This document shows, piece after piece, positions 47,978-56,788 of a stretch of DNA of 64,000 nucleotides. The notes under the pieces were generated by a model. The model was not told the DNA's origin. It worked only from the letters and a program-made list of their open reading frames with translations, and did not search any database. Position 1 is the first letter of the stretch, and each line of letters starts with the position of its first letter. Both the position numbers and the translations under genes were made by a program. Source of the DNA: an uncultured Candidatus Saccharibacteria bacterium (GTDB lineage: Bacteria; Patescibacteriota; Saccharimonadia; Saccharimonadales; Saccharimonadaceae); the NCBI GenBank assembly GCA_963535445.1, contig CAUSWA010000001.1, positions 10,896 to 74,895 of the forward strand, read 5' to 3'.

Positions 47978-48483
47978 TATTTACTCCTTATTACTATGCT
48001 GAGATTTCTCCCGGCCATCGTTGGTTTTTGCTCGAGCGTAGCTTCGTCTTTTAGCTGTTCCATCATCTTGTCTATCAAGTCATAGCCTAAATTTTTATGG
48101 GCTATTTCTCGACCGCGGAAGAAAATAAGGATTTTTACTTTATGTCCGTCCGACAAGAAAGCGCGTATTTTGCGCAGCTTGATCTCTAGATCATTACTAC
48201 CGATTTTCAAACCAAATCGCATTTGCTTTAGCTCGTTGGCTTTATTATTGCGCCGTGCTTTTTGCTGCTCCTTCATCTTCTGATATTGATATTTTCCCCA
48301 ATCAACAATCTTAGCTACAGGAGGGTTAGCTTTAGGCGATATTTCTACTAAATCAACGCCTGCTTTTTGTGCAATATCTAGAGCTTCTCTTAAAGACATA
48401 ACGCCAAGCTGCTTACCATCAGCCCCGATCACGCGAAGCTCATTGCTGCGGATAGCGTTATTTATGCGAGTTGAATTATTAAT
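47977..48483 (-). CDS. infC: Translation initiation factor IF-3 with ATT start
   Basis: AAAGGAG SD, then in-frame ATT at 48483; RINNAI..LRVIG..DLVEISP..PPVAKI. Confidence 0.93.
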   Translation of the reverse strand: MNNSTRINNAIRSNELRVIGADGKQLGVMSLREALDIAQKAGVDLVEISPKANPPVAKIVDWGKYQYQKMKEQQKARRNNKANELKQMRFGLKIGSNDLEIKLRKIRAFLSDGHKVKILIFFRGREIAHKNLGYDLIDKMMEQLKDEATLEQKPTMAGRNLSIVIRSK

Positions 48484-48567
48484 CGTAGTTCTCCTTTAGA
48501 ACAGTTGTTTTACTGAGTCTATACTCGCTGTACATGGTAACAAATTACCGATAATAAATCAAGCTCG

Positions 48568-50088
48568 TTATCGGTATTGGAGAGCTTCTGCGATATGTGC
48601 AGCTTGTATTTTGGTGCTATTGTCTAGATCTGCAATAGTGCGGGCGACACGGATGATTTTGAAGTAGCTACGCGGACTCAAGCTCAGTTTATCCGAAGCC
48701 TGCGACAACATATTTTTTGATTTCTCATCAAGTTTAGCAAACGTATTTATTTCTCTATTTGTTAAGTTACTGTTGTATTTATCGCTACAATTGTATCTTA
48801 TCGATTGGATATTGAGGGCACTCTGAATCAAGTTTGATGCAGTTTTGTGTTGTTTACAAGACAACGAATTATACGAAGACAATGTACTGTTCGGTACGCG
48901 TGAGACGTGTACGACTAAATCAATTCTATCCATAAGCGGACCCGATAGTTTGCGTTGATAATTAGCTATTTGCGCTGGAGTGCAGGAGCATTCTTTGGTT
49001 TGATCGCCAAAATACCCGCAAGGACAAGGGTTCATGGTAGCAACCAGCATAAAGTTAGCGGGGTAGGTGGCACGCATACGCGATCTGGTAATAGTAACTT
49101 TCTTGTCTTCTAGGGGTTGTCTCAGGGCTTCAATAGACGAATGCGAAAACTCAGGTATTTCATCTAAGTAAAGTACTCCTAGGTGCGCTAGGCTAATCTC
49201 GCCAGGTTTCGGGCTTGATCCGCCGCCGATAAGCGATGTCTGGCTGGCTGTGTGGTGCGGGGAACGAAACGGACGCTGACGGATAATAGATTCTGTCGAG
49301 GAACCCTCTATGCTGTATATTTTTGTAGCCGCTAACATTTCTTCAGGCGAGAGCGGAGGCAGTAGGTTGGGTAGGGTTTTTGCTAGCATTGATTTTCCGG
49401 CTCCTGGAGGTCCGGATAACAATATATTATGATGTCCTGCCGCTGCGATTATGAGGGCGCGTTTTGCTTGTTCTTGACCGGCCACTTCATCGAGCAAGGT
49501 TTGTTTGTTGGGCTCGCTTTCTTCTGAATAAATGTGCGGACAAACAGCATCCTTGGTGATGATTTTTTCTTTCTTTAAGTGCAGGTAAAGCTGCTTGATA
49601 TTATCTACAGGTATGATATTTATGCCGCCTACGAGAGACGCTTGGTTGGCGTTATTAGAGGGTAAGTATATAGTATTAATACCAGATTTTTTTGCGGTTT
49701 CGGCGATATTGATAGCGCCGCTAGTGGGGCGGATGTCTCCATTGAGCGCTAGCTCGCCAGCGAATATAGAGTTTGCAACATCTTGTTCGCGGAGTTGTCC
49801 GGCTGATAACAAGATAGACAAGGCGATAGGTAGGTCATAATGTGTACCTTCCTTTGGAATTTCGGCAGGTGCAAGGTTGATGGTGATACGTTTAGTCGGG
49901 TATTCTAGGCCAGAATTGACGATGGCGCTGCGGACTCGTTCTTTAGATTCGTCGATTGATTTATTACCGAGACCAACTATGCGTATACTAGGCAGTCCAT
50001 TTGATATATCACTTTCTACTTCTACGATACTGCCATCGTATCCAACGGGTGAAACCGTAAGGATTTTAGCGGTTGATGCCATGACCAT
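48568..50088 (-). CDS. comM: YifB/ComM Mg-chelatase-like AAA+ ATPase
   Basis: VGL..ESKERVRSA, NLAPA, GPPGAGKS, PFRSPHH, PGEISLAH, MNPCPCG, ARTIADL, EALQYR. Confidence 0.93.
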   Translation of the reverse strand: MVMASTAKILTVSPVGYDGSIVEVESDISNGLPSIRIVGLGNKSIDESKERVRSAIVNSGLEYPTKRITINLAPAEIPKEGTHYDLPIALSILLSAGQLREQDVANSIFAGELALNGDIRPTSGAINIAETAKKSGINTIYLPSNNANQASLVGGINIIPVDNIKQLYLHLKKEKIITKDAVCPHIYSEESEPNKQTLLDEVAGQEQAKRALIIAAAGHHNILLSGPPGAGKSMLAKTLPNLLPPLSPEEMLAATKIYSIEGSSTESIIRQRPFRSPHHTASQTSLIGGGSSPKPGEISLAHLGVLYLDEIPEFSHSSIEALRQPLEDKKVTITRSRMRATYPANFMLVATMNPCPCGYFGDQTKECSCTPAQIANYQRKLSGPLMDRIDLVVHVSRVPNSTLSSYNSLSCKQHKTASNLIQSALNIQSIRYNCSDKYNSNLTNREINTFAKLDEKSKNMLSQASDKLSLSPRSYFKIIRVARTIADLDNSTKIQAAHIAEALQYR

Positions 50089-50153
50089 ATAGTTAAAAGT
50101 TAATCATACTATACGGATGATGTAAATAAGTGATATAATGTCAAGAGTAACGC

Positions 50154-50549
50154 GGGGCTGATATAGCGTTCGACGTAGAGAATTTAACAGGTTGTTTTGC
50201 GTACCGACTTCTGACGTTATCAGAATTAATAGTTGCAAAATTTGCAAACAAAGCAAAGGCGTTTGTTGCATCATTGATGCCACGGCAGACAGCCTTTGCG
50301 CTAGCTGCGTAATATTACTGGCAGCCGCATCCGCCTAGACTCTTGCTATAGGCTAGGTGTGTCATATCTAGCAAGATCGGTTAATTGATATTTCTGCTAT
50401 ATCATTAATTAAGATTTTAAGCAGATCGCTAGTTCGTATGTTTGTCTAGCTTTGAGCGGATAAGCGATTATTTAACGAGTTAGACTATGTGCGTAGACAA
50501 ACAACAGGTTACTCTGCGGACCCGGGGGCAGTACCCGGCAGCTCCACCA
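50154..50549 (+). ncRNA. ssrA: tmRNA
   Basis: GGGGCTG 5' end, CAGCTCCACCA 3' end, tag frame 50235-50312 ending FALAA*; TGATATAAT upstream. Confidence 0.93.
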
Positions 50550-50562
50550 CATCGTTTGCTGT

Positions 50563-50583
50563 AGAGCCTTTCGGGCTCTTTTT
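50563..50583 (+). terminator. tmRNA terminator
   Basis: agagcc-tttcg-ggctct plus T tract. Confidence 0.8.
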
Positions 50584-50595
50584 GATTTATGCGAT

Positions 50596-50696
50596 AAAAA
50601 AGAATGACTACCTGCGAGTAGTAGTCATTCTAATGGTTGTGGAGTTTTCTGAAGTGTTTATTTCTGGTTCCTGTATAATTTTTTTATTCAGGAACT
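50596..50696 (-). ncRNA. Candidate ~100-nt small RNA
   Basis: TTGACA(50731-50726)-17-TACTAT; 5' hairpin gttcctg/caggaac; 11-bp terminator with U tract; no ORF. Confidence 0.6.
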
Positions 50697-51863
50697 ATCT
50701 CTATAGTAATGTGAAAATCTGCTTGTGTCAATGTTTTTTAGCAAGATTGCTAGGTAAAAAATACCACACTAGATAACGGGATAATTAGAGCAAATAAATG
50801 TGTTTTATGCCTTGAAACGATACGATAGATATGTTGATTTGTAATTCTGTAAATATCGGTTAGCAACTAACGACTGAATGTAGAGAGGGCTGTTTCTGGT
50901 GAATGGTCTAATAGAATTATCACCAGAAATTTTATCGTTTGGCGCAGGGAGATCTAACGTGTAAGGAATGTGGAGACAAGGAGATCTGCACCTTAAGCTG
51001 GTGCTGGCAGCATAAATGTGGTGTCGGCGAAATAAAAAATAATCTAGGCTTATCGTGTCCAAATGTTAGCGATTGGCTAAGGAAGCTCAGGTCAAGCTCT
51101 TCCGGCTTCACAGACAAGTTCTGAAAGGCGATACTGAAAGCTGGCGGTGACTGTTTTTGGCAGATGAAGTTTGACGGCTAGATATCGGTCATTGGCACTA
51201 TTAGTCCAGTAGATATTACGTATTTGTGTGTAAGTTGTATTGTGTCTATGAAAAAGATTTTTATGAATTAAGTTGTTGAATTTTTGTTTTTGCAGCTAAA
51301 GTATATTGCTGCTTGCATACACATAGCTCGATATGCTGGGTTGTCTCTGATTTTGATTCGTTGCTGGATTGTTTTGCTGTACATACGGTACGTTGCAGGA
51401 CAGATTATATAGTAGATTTTTTCATCGCGTGGACACCAGCTTTTTATGATATTAATATAATTTTTGCCATGCTCTGTATGTATAGTTGTCGCATTTCGGA
51501 TGTCATAAAATGTACTGAAGATTTTGCTTGGTTTTATATAAACGTTAATTATATAAAGGATCTTTGAATACAAATAGTGCAATGAATTTTAATGAAAAAT
51601 AGTTTGTATAAATGTATCGTAGTTAGCTGTTTGTTATAAGTTGAATTCACAGTGTAGAGCCTGATGTAGTGTTGTATTTTTTAAATTCGATACGATCTAA
51701 AGTCTATTTGTTGTAATAAATAATTAATAGTAGCTTGATGAAATAGTTATCATTGTAATTATTACACTGTAGAAAAAAATGCAACAGTACAGTAATAACA
51801 GAGGTGTGTATAGTAAAATAGTGAGCTGTAGTATAAATAACAATATTTATATTACGATAGACG

Positions 51864-51892
51864 TTGACTTTTTATCATTGATTTGCTATAGT
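51864..51892 (+). promoter_or_regulatory. Sigma70 promoter
   Basis: TTGACT-17-TATAGT with TG extension. Confidence 0.7.
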
Positions 51893-51898
51893 GTGAGT

Positions 51899-52247
51899 AA
51901 GCTTTTAGAAAAACAAAAAAGCAAAACAATACCAACCAAATAAGCCTCCACAATAATAATCGACGGAAACTAGGTGGCGCCAAATATAATCGTGGTTCCA
52001 CCTAAGCTCCGCCTATTAATTAAATAAAAAGGCGTTGAGCGCGCGATATGTGCGCGCATTACACACCTGATTAATCCTTGAGATTGCGATGTCAGTGACC
52101 ATCAGGTGTGTGGTGCAGGTCCGCGCGATCGCAAGTCTTTTGCTCGCTAAGTGCGAGCGGTCAATCGGGCAAAAAGCAGTTGTTGCAGCGACCCTAATAG
52201 TTGTTTACAAAGGTGCTTCGTTATATTGCGACGCTGCTTTTGCCTCC
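51899..52247 (+). ncRNA. Candidate ~350-nt structured RNA of unknown class
   Basis: At least six consecutive hairpins after a promoter; no credible ORF. Confidence 0.55.
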
Positions 52248-52267
52248 TAGGTGTTATTATTTAAATC

Positions 52268-52648
52268 ATGTATAAACGCTTAATTGCATTTTTGATGTTT
52301 TTGTCGTTAGTGGTGTTGCTAGCGATAACGCAGACGACCGCGCCGTCCAAAGTTGGTCCGGCTATTGTAGTCGTTGTGTTTGTATTAATATATATATTTC
52401 TTACTTGTACATTGACTCTCTTGCTTCTATTTATAAACAAGATTGTGAGTAAGCATAAATCTGAGCCGTCTAAGCGGAGTGCTGATGACATGTATATCTT
52501 AATGTATGGTGCAGTGTTAGCGTTGGCGCCGACTGTGATTATTGCTGTGCAGTCAATAGGACAAATTCAAGCAGGTACATATGTATTAATTACGCTCTTT
52601 GTATTGTTGGCTCTTTTGTATGTTCGGCATCAGAAACGTGTGAAGTGA
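52268..52648 (+). CDS. Hypothetical four-TM membrane protein
   Basis: Four hydrophobic segments. Confidence 0.75.
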   Translation: MYKRLIAFLMFLSLVVLLAITQTTAPSKVGPAIVVVVFVLIYIFLTCTLTLLLLFINKIVSKHKSEPSKRSADDMYILMYGAVLALAPTVIIAVQSIGQIQAGTYVLITLFVLLALLYVRHQKRVK

Positions 52649-52698
52649 GGGTTGAGGCCTAGAAAAATTGTAAACGCATATGGTATAATTTACTTAAT

Positions 52699-53127
52699 AT
52701 GGAACCGGGTATAAGAGAACAAGTTCCTGTGCAGAGAGAGGTGCTGCCGCAGAATAGTTACGAGACACCTACTTTTGGCATAGATGGCGGTAATCTTGAG
52801 AAACAAAATACTTCTAAAGAGGTGATGAATGCTGCTTCTGCAGAGGCTGTTGCTAATGCGGTTCCTCAAATAGTGCTACCTCAGCCAATTCCTATAGTTC
52901 AGCCAACCGTGGATCCTGGCGCTGCTCAGTCTGCGACATCTGATGACACCACAGCGCTGATAGCCAATGATGATGACCTTATTGAAAAGGAGTGGGTTGA
53001 TAAAGCTAAGAAAATTATCGCAGAGACCAAAGACGACCCGTATCGTCGCGAGGTTGAGATCGGCAAACTTCAGATAGAATATATAAGGAAACGCTACGGG
53101 CGCGAAATAGGGAAAGTAGAGGATTAG
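52699..53127 (+). CDS. Hypothetical protein: disordered N-half, helical C-terminal domain
   Basis: DDDLIEKEWVDKAKKII..TKDDPY..YI.KRYG; TGGTATAAT upstream. Confidence 0.75.
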   Translation: MEPGIREQVPVQREVLPQNSYETPTFGIDGGNLEKQNTSKEVMNAASAEAVANAVPQIVLPQPIPIVQPTVDPGAAQSATSDDTTALIANDDDLIEKEWVDKAKKIIAETKDDPYRREVEIGKLQIEYIRKRYGREIGKVED

Positions 53128-53130
53128 GTA

Positions 53131-56100
53131 GTGTCTGGCGGCGGGATAGGCACTCTTGTAACATTGTTTGCAATAGCTTTGGTGATCGGGCTAGGGTCTT
53201 TTGTTGTGTTTATGGTCTATCGTAATACTCTTCGTGAGGCGAAGAACTATGAGCGCGGGCTTAAGATGGTGCCGATATTAATTCATCTACCGCCAGCTAG
53301 CGATGATATTGTTGGCGACGGGCGTGATAAACGAGATTTGACAGAAGAAGTGTTGTCGCAAGCTCAGGTTATGTACAATATTATATCCAGTACTGCCACT
53401 AAAGGTTTTAAGAGTAAGATTTATGGGCAGAGGCATTTGTCGTTTGAAATAGTGGCTCGCGATGGCTTGGTGTTCTATTATGCTGTTGTACCTACAGTGC
53501 TCACCGAGGTAGTTCGCCAGGCAATTGCAGCGGCCTACCCATCGGCTCGGCTAGAAGAGGTGTCGGAGCATACTGTTTTTAGCAAGGTCGGTAAGATGAG
53601 CGGTACGATTGGTGGCGAGTTTACTTTGAGGAAGAACTTTGCTTATCCTATTGCAACATACATGGAATCTAAACGTGATGCATCGCGCGCATTGCTGAAT
53701 GCTTTATCAGCAGCGACTCGCGAAGATGGTATAGGTATCCAAATATTAATCCGTCCAGCTAATGAGCGATGGGCCAAGTCGGCAGTTTCTGTCTCTGAAA
53801 AAATCATAGAAGACAAAGACAAAAAAAAGACTGGACTTTCGGTGTTCTTCTCGCCGAGCGAAATTATGGAGTCTCTATGGAAGCCGCCAGAGAGCGATGA
53901 CAAAAAGCCAGAGGATAAAAAGCCGCTTAACTCCGTTGAACAGGCGACCGTTGATGCTATCCAAGAAAAAACCCGTTATCCGGGGTACGAGGTACTGATA
54001 CGGGCTGTTGTTTCGTCTAATACAGCAGCCCGTTCTCAGGTAATATTGAAAAACATTGTTGCAGCATTTGCATTATTTGACTCGCCGACGTTTAACGGAT
54101 TTAAATTCACGTTAGCAAAAAACATTGAAGAACTAACTTCGTCTTATATTTTTCGTTTCTTCCCGCAGCAGGTTAATAAGAATATATTAAATAGCGTAGA
54201 GCTGGCGACGATTTTTCATTTGCCGGATCAGAATAGTATTCCAAGCTCGCAAGTCAAGCGCCAGATGAGTAAGCAAGTCGATGGACCGACGCAGGTGATG
54301 GAGACTGGTTTGCTGTTAGGATACAACGAATTTCGCGGTGTTAAGAAGCCAATTAGATTAAGTGATAAAGACCGCCGCCGCCATATACATATTATTGGAC
54401 AGACGGGTGTTGGTAAATCAGTTTTGCAGGAAAATCTAGCCTACCAAGATATGCTGGATGGGCGGGGTTTTGCCCTGGTTGATCCGCACGGGGACCTTGC
54501 GGAGCATTTGCTAGAAAAGGTGCCAAAGGAGCGCGTTGAAGACATTATTTATTTCAACCCAAGCGATATGGATAATCCGATTGGTCTAAATATGTTTGAG
54601 TTTGACCACCCAGACCAAAAAGACTTTTTGGTACAAGAGGCTATCGGTATGCTTTATGGTTTGTATGACCCAGGACATACTGGTATCGTTGGTCCGCGGT
54701 TGGAGCATATATTCCGCAACTGCGCGCTGTTATTAATGAGCGATCCGGCGGGCGGTACTTTTGTCGATATACCGAAGCTCTTGGTTGATGATAGTTTCAG
54801 AAATAACAAGCTGAAATACGTTACCGACCAGCAGGTGTTAGATTTCTGGACAAAGGAGTTCCCGGCATCGCAGCGATCAAGCGAGGCAGGCGAGGTCATC
54901 AGCTGGGTTATTGCTAAATTTGGCCCGTTCATTAGCAATGATGCCATGCGTAATATTATTGGCCAGACAAAAAGCGGCTTTGATTTTCAAGACATCATGA
55001 ATAATAACAAGATTTTGCTGGTGAACTTATCGAAAGGTAAATTAGGCGATCTTAACTCTAAATTGCTTGGTATTGTCTTTGTGATGAAGTTTCAGGCTGC
55101 AGCGATGGCGCGGGCCAAGATTCCAGAGGACGAGCGTAAAGATTTTACGCTGTATGTTGATGAGTTTCAGAACTTTGCGACTGATAGCTTCGAGACTATT
55201 TTGAGCGAGGCTCGCAAATATCGATTGAGCTTGGTATTAGCTAATCAGTTCATGACGCAGCTGAAGGAAGAACTACGCGAGGCTATTCTCGGTAATGTTG
55301 GTACAACTATCACCGGCCGGATTGGTATAACCGACGCAGAAATTATGGTTAAGCGTTATACACCAGTGTTTGATGCAGAAGATTTGACGAAATTGCCAAA
55401 CTTTGAATCTGTCTGTGTCGCCCAGATTGAAGGTGTGCCGTCTGCTCCGTTTAGTATGGCATGGATTCCCCCGATGGGCCACCAAAATGCTCAGTTGGGC
55501 GATGCTTTGCGCAGACTGTCGGCTGCAAAATACGGACATCCGCGGGCTCAAGTTGAGCGTGAGATAGCGGCACGTACTAGCATGAATCAATCTTCTGGAA
55601 ATAATAAACAGTTGAAAAATACGGCTGGAGCCGCTGCTAACGCCCCTAATAAAATAGCACCGAGTAGTAGTTCATCTTTTTTGGATGAATGGTTAGCGAA
55701 ACGCAAGCAAGTAACCGGTAGAAATAGCACTACGCCGCGTCCAGTATCTTCGCCGCTACCAGCTAATACCAAACCGCCGATGCCTTCGACTGGCAATGCA
55801 GTGGCCGCTGGACCCGCTCAATCTCAAGATTATACTGACGCTTATTCTCGTGCTTCTAGCAGTACCTTGCCAGCTCAGTCGCAGCTACAACAGCTTCCGC
55901 AGCAGCCGTCTAATAATCCAATAAATTTGACACAGTCACAGCTTGGTGCAGTACCGCCAGCAGTTACTGTACCGCCGCAAGTTGGTGAGTCTCCTAATGC
56001 TAATTCTGCTACGCAGAGTGTCAATTTGCCGACAGAGCCAATTGCAGATAATGGTTCGATTTCGACACCACAACAGCCTGCTAGTAATACTTTAAATATG

Positions 56101-56145
56101 CGCGACAGTGACAATAGCGGTGAAGTTTCGATAAAATTACGTTAG
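53131..56145 (+). CDS. VirD4/TraG (HerA-FtsK superfamily)-like membrane ATPase
   Basis: N-terminal TM; RRRH.HIIGQTGVGKS, VDPHGD, LYVDEFQNF, LSEARKY..ANQ, GNVGT; S/P/Q/N-rich tail. Confidence 0.85.
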   Translation: MSGGGIGTLVTLFAIALVIGLGSFVVFMVYRNTLREAKNYERGLKMVPILIHLPPASDDIVGDGRDKRDLTEEVLSQAQVMYNIISSTATKGFKSKIYGQRHLSFEIVARDGLVFYYAVVPTVLTEVVRQAIAAAYPSARLEEVSEHTVFSKVGKMSGTIGGEFTLRKNFAYPIATYMESKRDASRALLNALSAATREDGIGIQILIRPANERWAKSAVSVSEKIIEDKDKKKTGLSVFFSPSEIMESLWKPPESDDKKPEDKKPLNSVEQATVDAIQEKTRYPGYEVLIRAVVSSNTAARSQVILKNIVAAFALFDSPTFNGFKFTLAKNIEELTSSYIFRFFPQQVNKNILNSVELATIFHLPDQNSIPSSQVKRQMSKQVDGPTQVMETGLLLGYNEFRGVKKPIRLSDKDRRRHIHIIGQTGVGKSVLQENLAYQDMLDGRGFALVDPHGDLAEHLLEKVPKERVEDIIYFNPSDMDNPIGLNMFEFDHPDQKDFLVQEAIGMLYGLYDPGHTGIVGPRLEHIFRNCALLLMSDPAGGTFVDIPKLLVDDSFRNNKLKYVTDQQVLDFWTKEFPASQRSSEAGEVISWVIAKFGPFISNDAMRNIIGQTKSGFDFQDIMNNNKILLVNLSKGKLGDLNSKLLGIVFVMKFQAAAMARAKIPEDERKDFTLYVDEFQNFATDSFETILSEARKYRLSLVLANQFMTQLKEELREAILGNVGTTITGRIGITDAEIMVKRYTPVFDAEDLTKLPNFESVCVAQIEGVPSAPFSMAWIPPMGHQNAQLGDALRRLSAAKYGHPRAQVEREIAARTSMNQSSGNNKQLKNTAGAAANAPNKIAPSSSSSFLDEWLAKRKQVTGRNSTTPRPVSSPLPANTKPPMPSTGNAVAAGPAQSQDYTDAYSRASSSTLPAQSQLQQLPQQPSNNPINLTQSQLGAVPPAVTVPPQVGESPNANSATQSVNLPTEPIADNGSISTPQQPASNTLNMRDSDNSGEVSIKLR

Positions 56146-56155
56146 TTGGCAAAAG

Positions 56156-56749
56156 TTACTTGGATTTACCGAATATTAGGACGCGAATGTAATCGTAAAT
56201 CAAGCCGATAACCCACCCTAAGACGAAGGTGGCAATGGTCTCTGTGCCAGATAGCGAATATCCGAAGTGCTTAGCGACTAAATATATACCAGCTGTAAGG
56301 ATAAAAGCTGCAGCTGACCCTGACAATATGGCATTAGGACGTGCTACAGTATTACCAATCACTTCGCTGCTCTTTTCGACGGCGGGGTTATGAATAACTT
56401 TACTGAAAGTTCTGCTGGCAGGTGACATTTCGGATTGAATCTCGGTCATAGTCTTGTCGAAGGCGGCTTTGCGCTCTTGTTTAGAGGTAGGGCCGCGGCG
56501 TTTCTTCTCTGGACTGACTTCATTGGTTTTTATTTTGTTTTCTTTACGTTCTTGGGCGATTTCTCTAGCTTGGTTTAAGGCTTCATGGCGTGCTTTTTTC
56601 AGCTGTTCCTGAGAGGTTTCAGAGCTAGCTTCTTTCTCTGTTTTATTTTTAGCGTTAATATTCTCTTGAGTTTTCCGATGGATTACTTCAGAGCTAGTGT
56701 ACTGCTCTTTATGCTTATCGCTAAGTGATGGTATTTTTTCATTATTCAT
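56156..56749 (-). CDS. Hypothetical protein: charged N-terminus, two C-terminal TMs
   Basis: FSKVIHNP..RPNAILSG followed by a hydrophobic hairpin. Confidence 0.75.
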   Translation of the reverse strand: MNNEKIPSLSDKHKEQYTSSEVIHRKTQENINAKNKTEKEASSETSQEQLKKARHEALNQAREIAQERKENKIKTNEVSPEKKRRGPTSKQERKAAFDKTMTEIQSEMSPASRTFSKVIHNPAVEKSSEVIGNTVARPNAILSGSAAAFILTAGIYLVAKHFGYSLSGTETIATFVLGWVIGLIYDYIRVLIFGKSK

Positions 56750-56788
56750 TGATAGCTACCTCATCTTTGTTTTATATAATCTTATAGT

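Noticed and set aside
6247..50117. Shared 12-mer atactatacgga near the pnp end and the comM promoter
   Set aside because: Matches of this length are expected by chance in 64 kb.
50489..50776. 95-aa ORF
   Set aside because: Overlaps the tmRNA 3' end and two terminators.
50939..51124. Cys-rich 61-aa ORF (CKECG) as a zinc-finger protein
   Set aside because: TTG start without SD or promoter, and stops immediately upstream; cannot be supported.
52116..52140. SRP RNA, from CAGGTCCG
   Set aside because: The following GAAGGAAGCAG half of the domain IV motif is missing.
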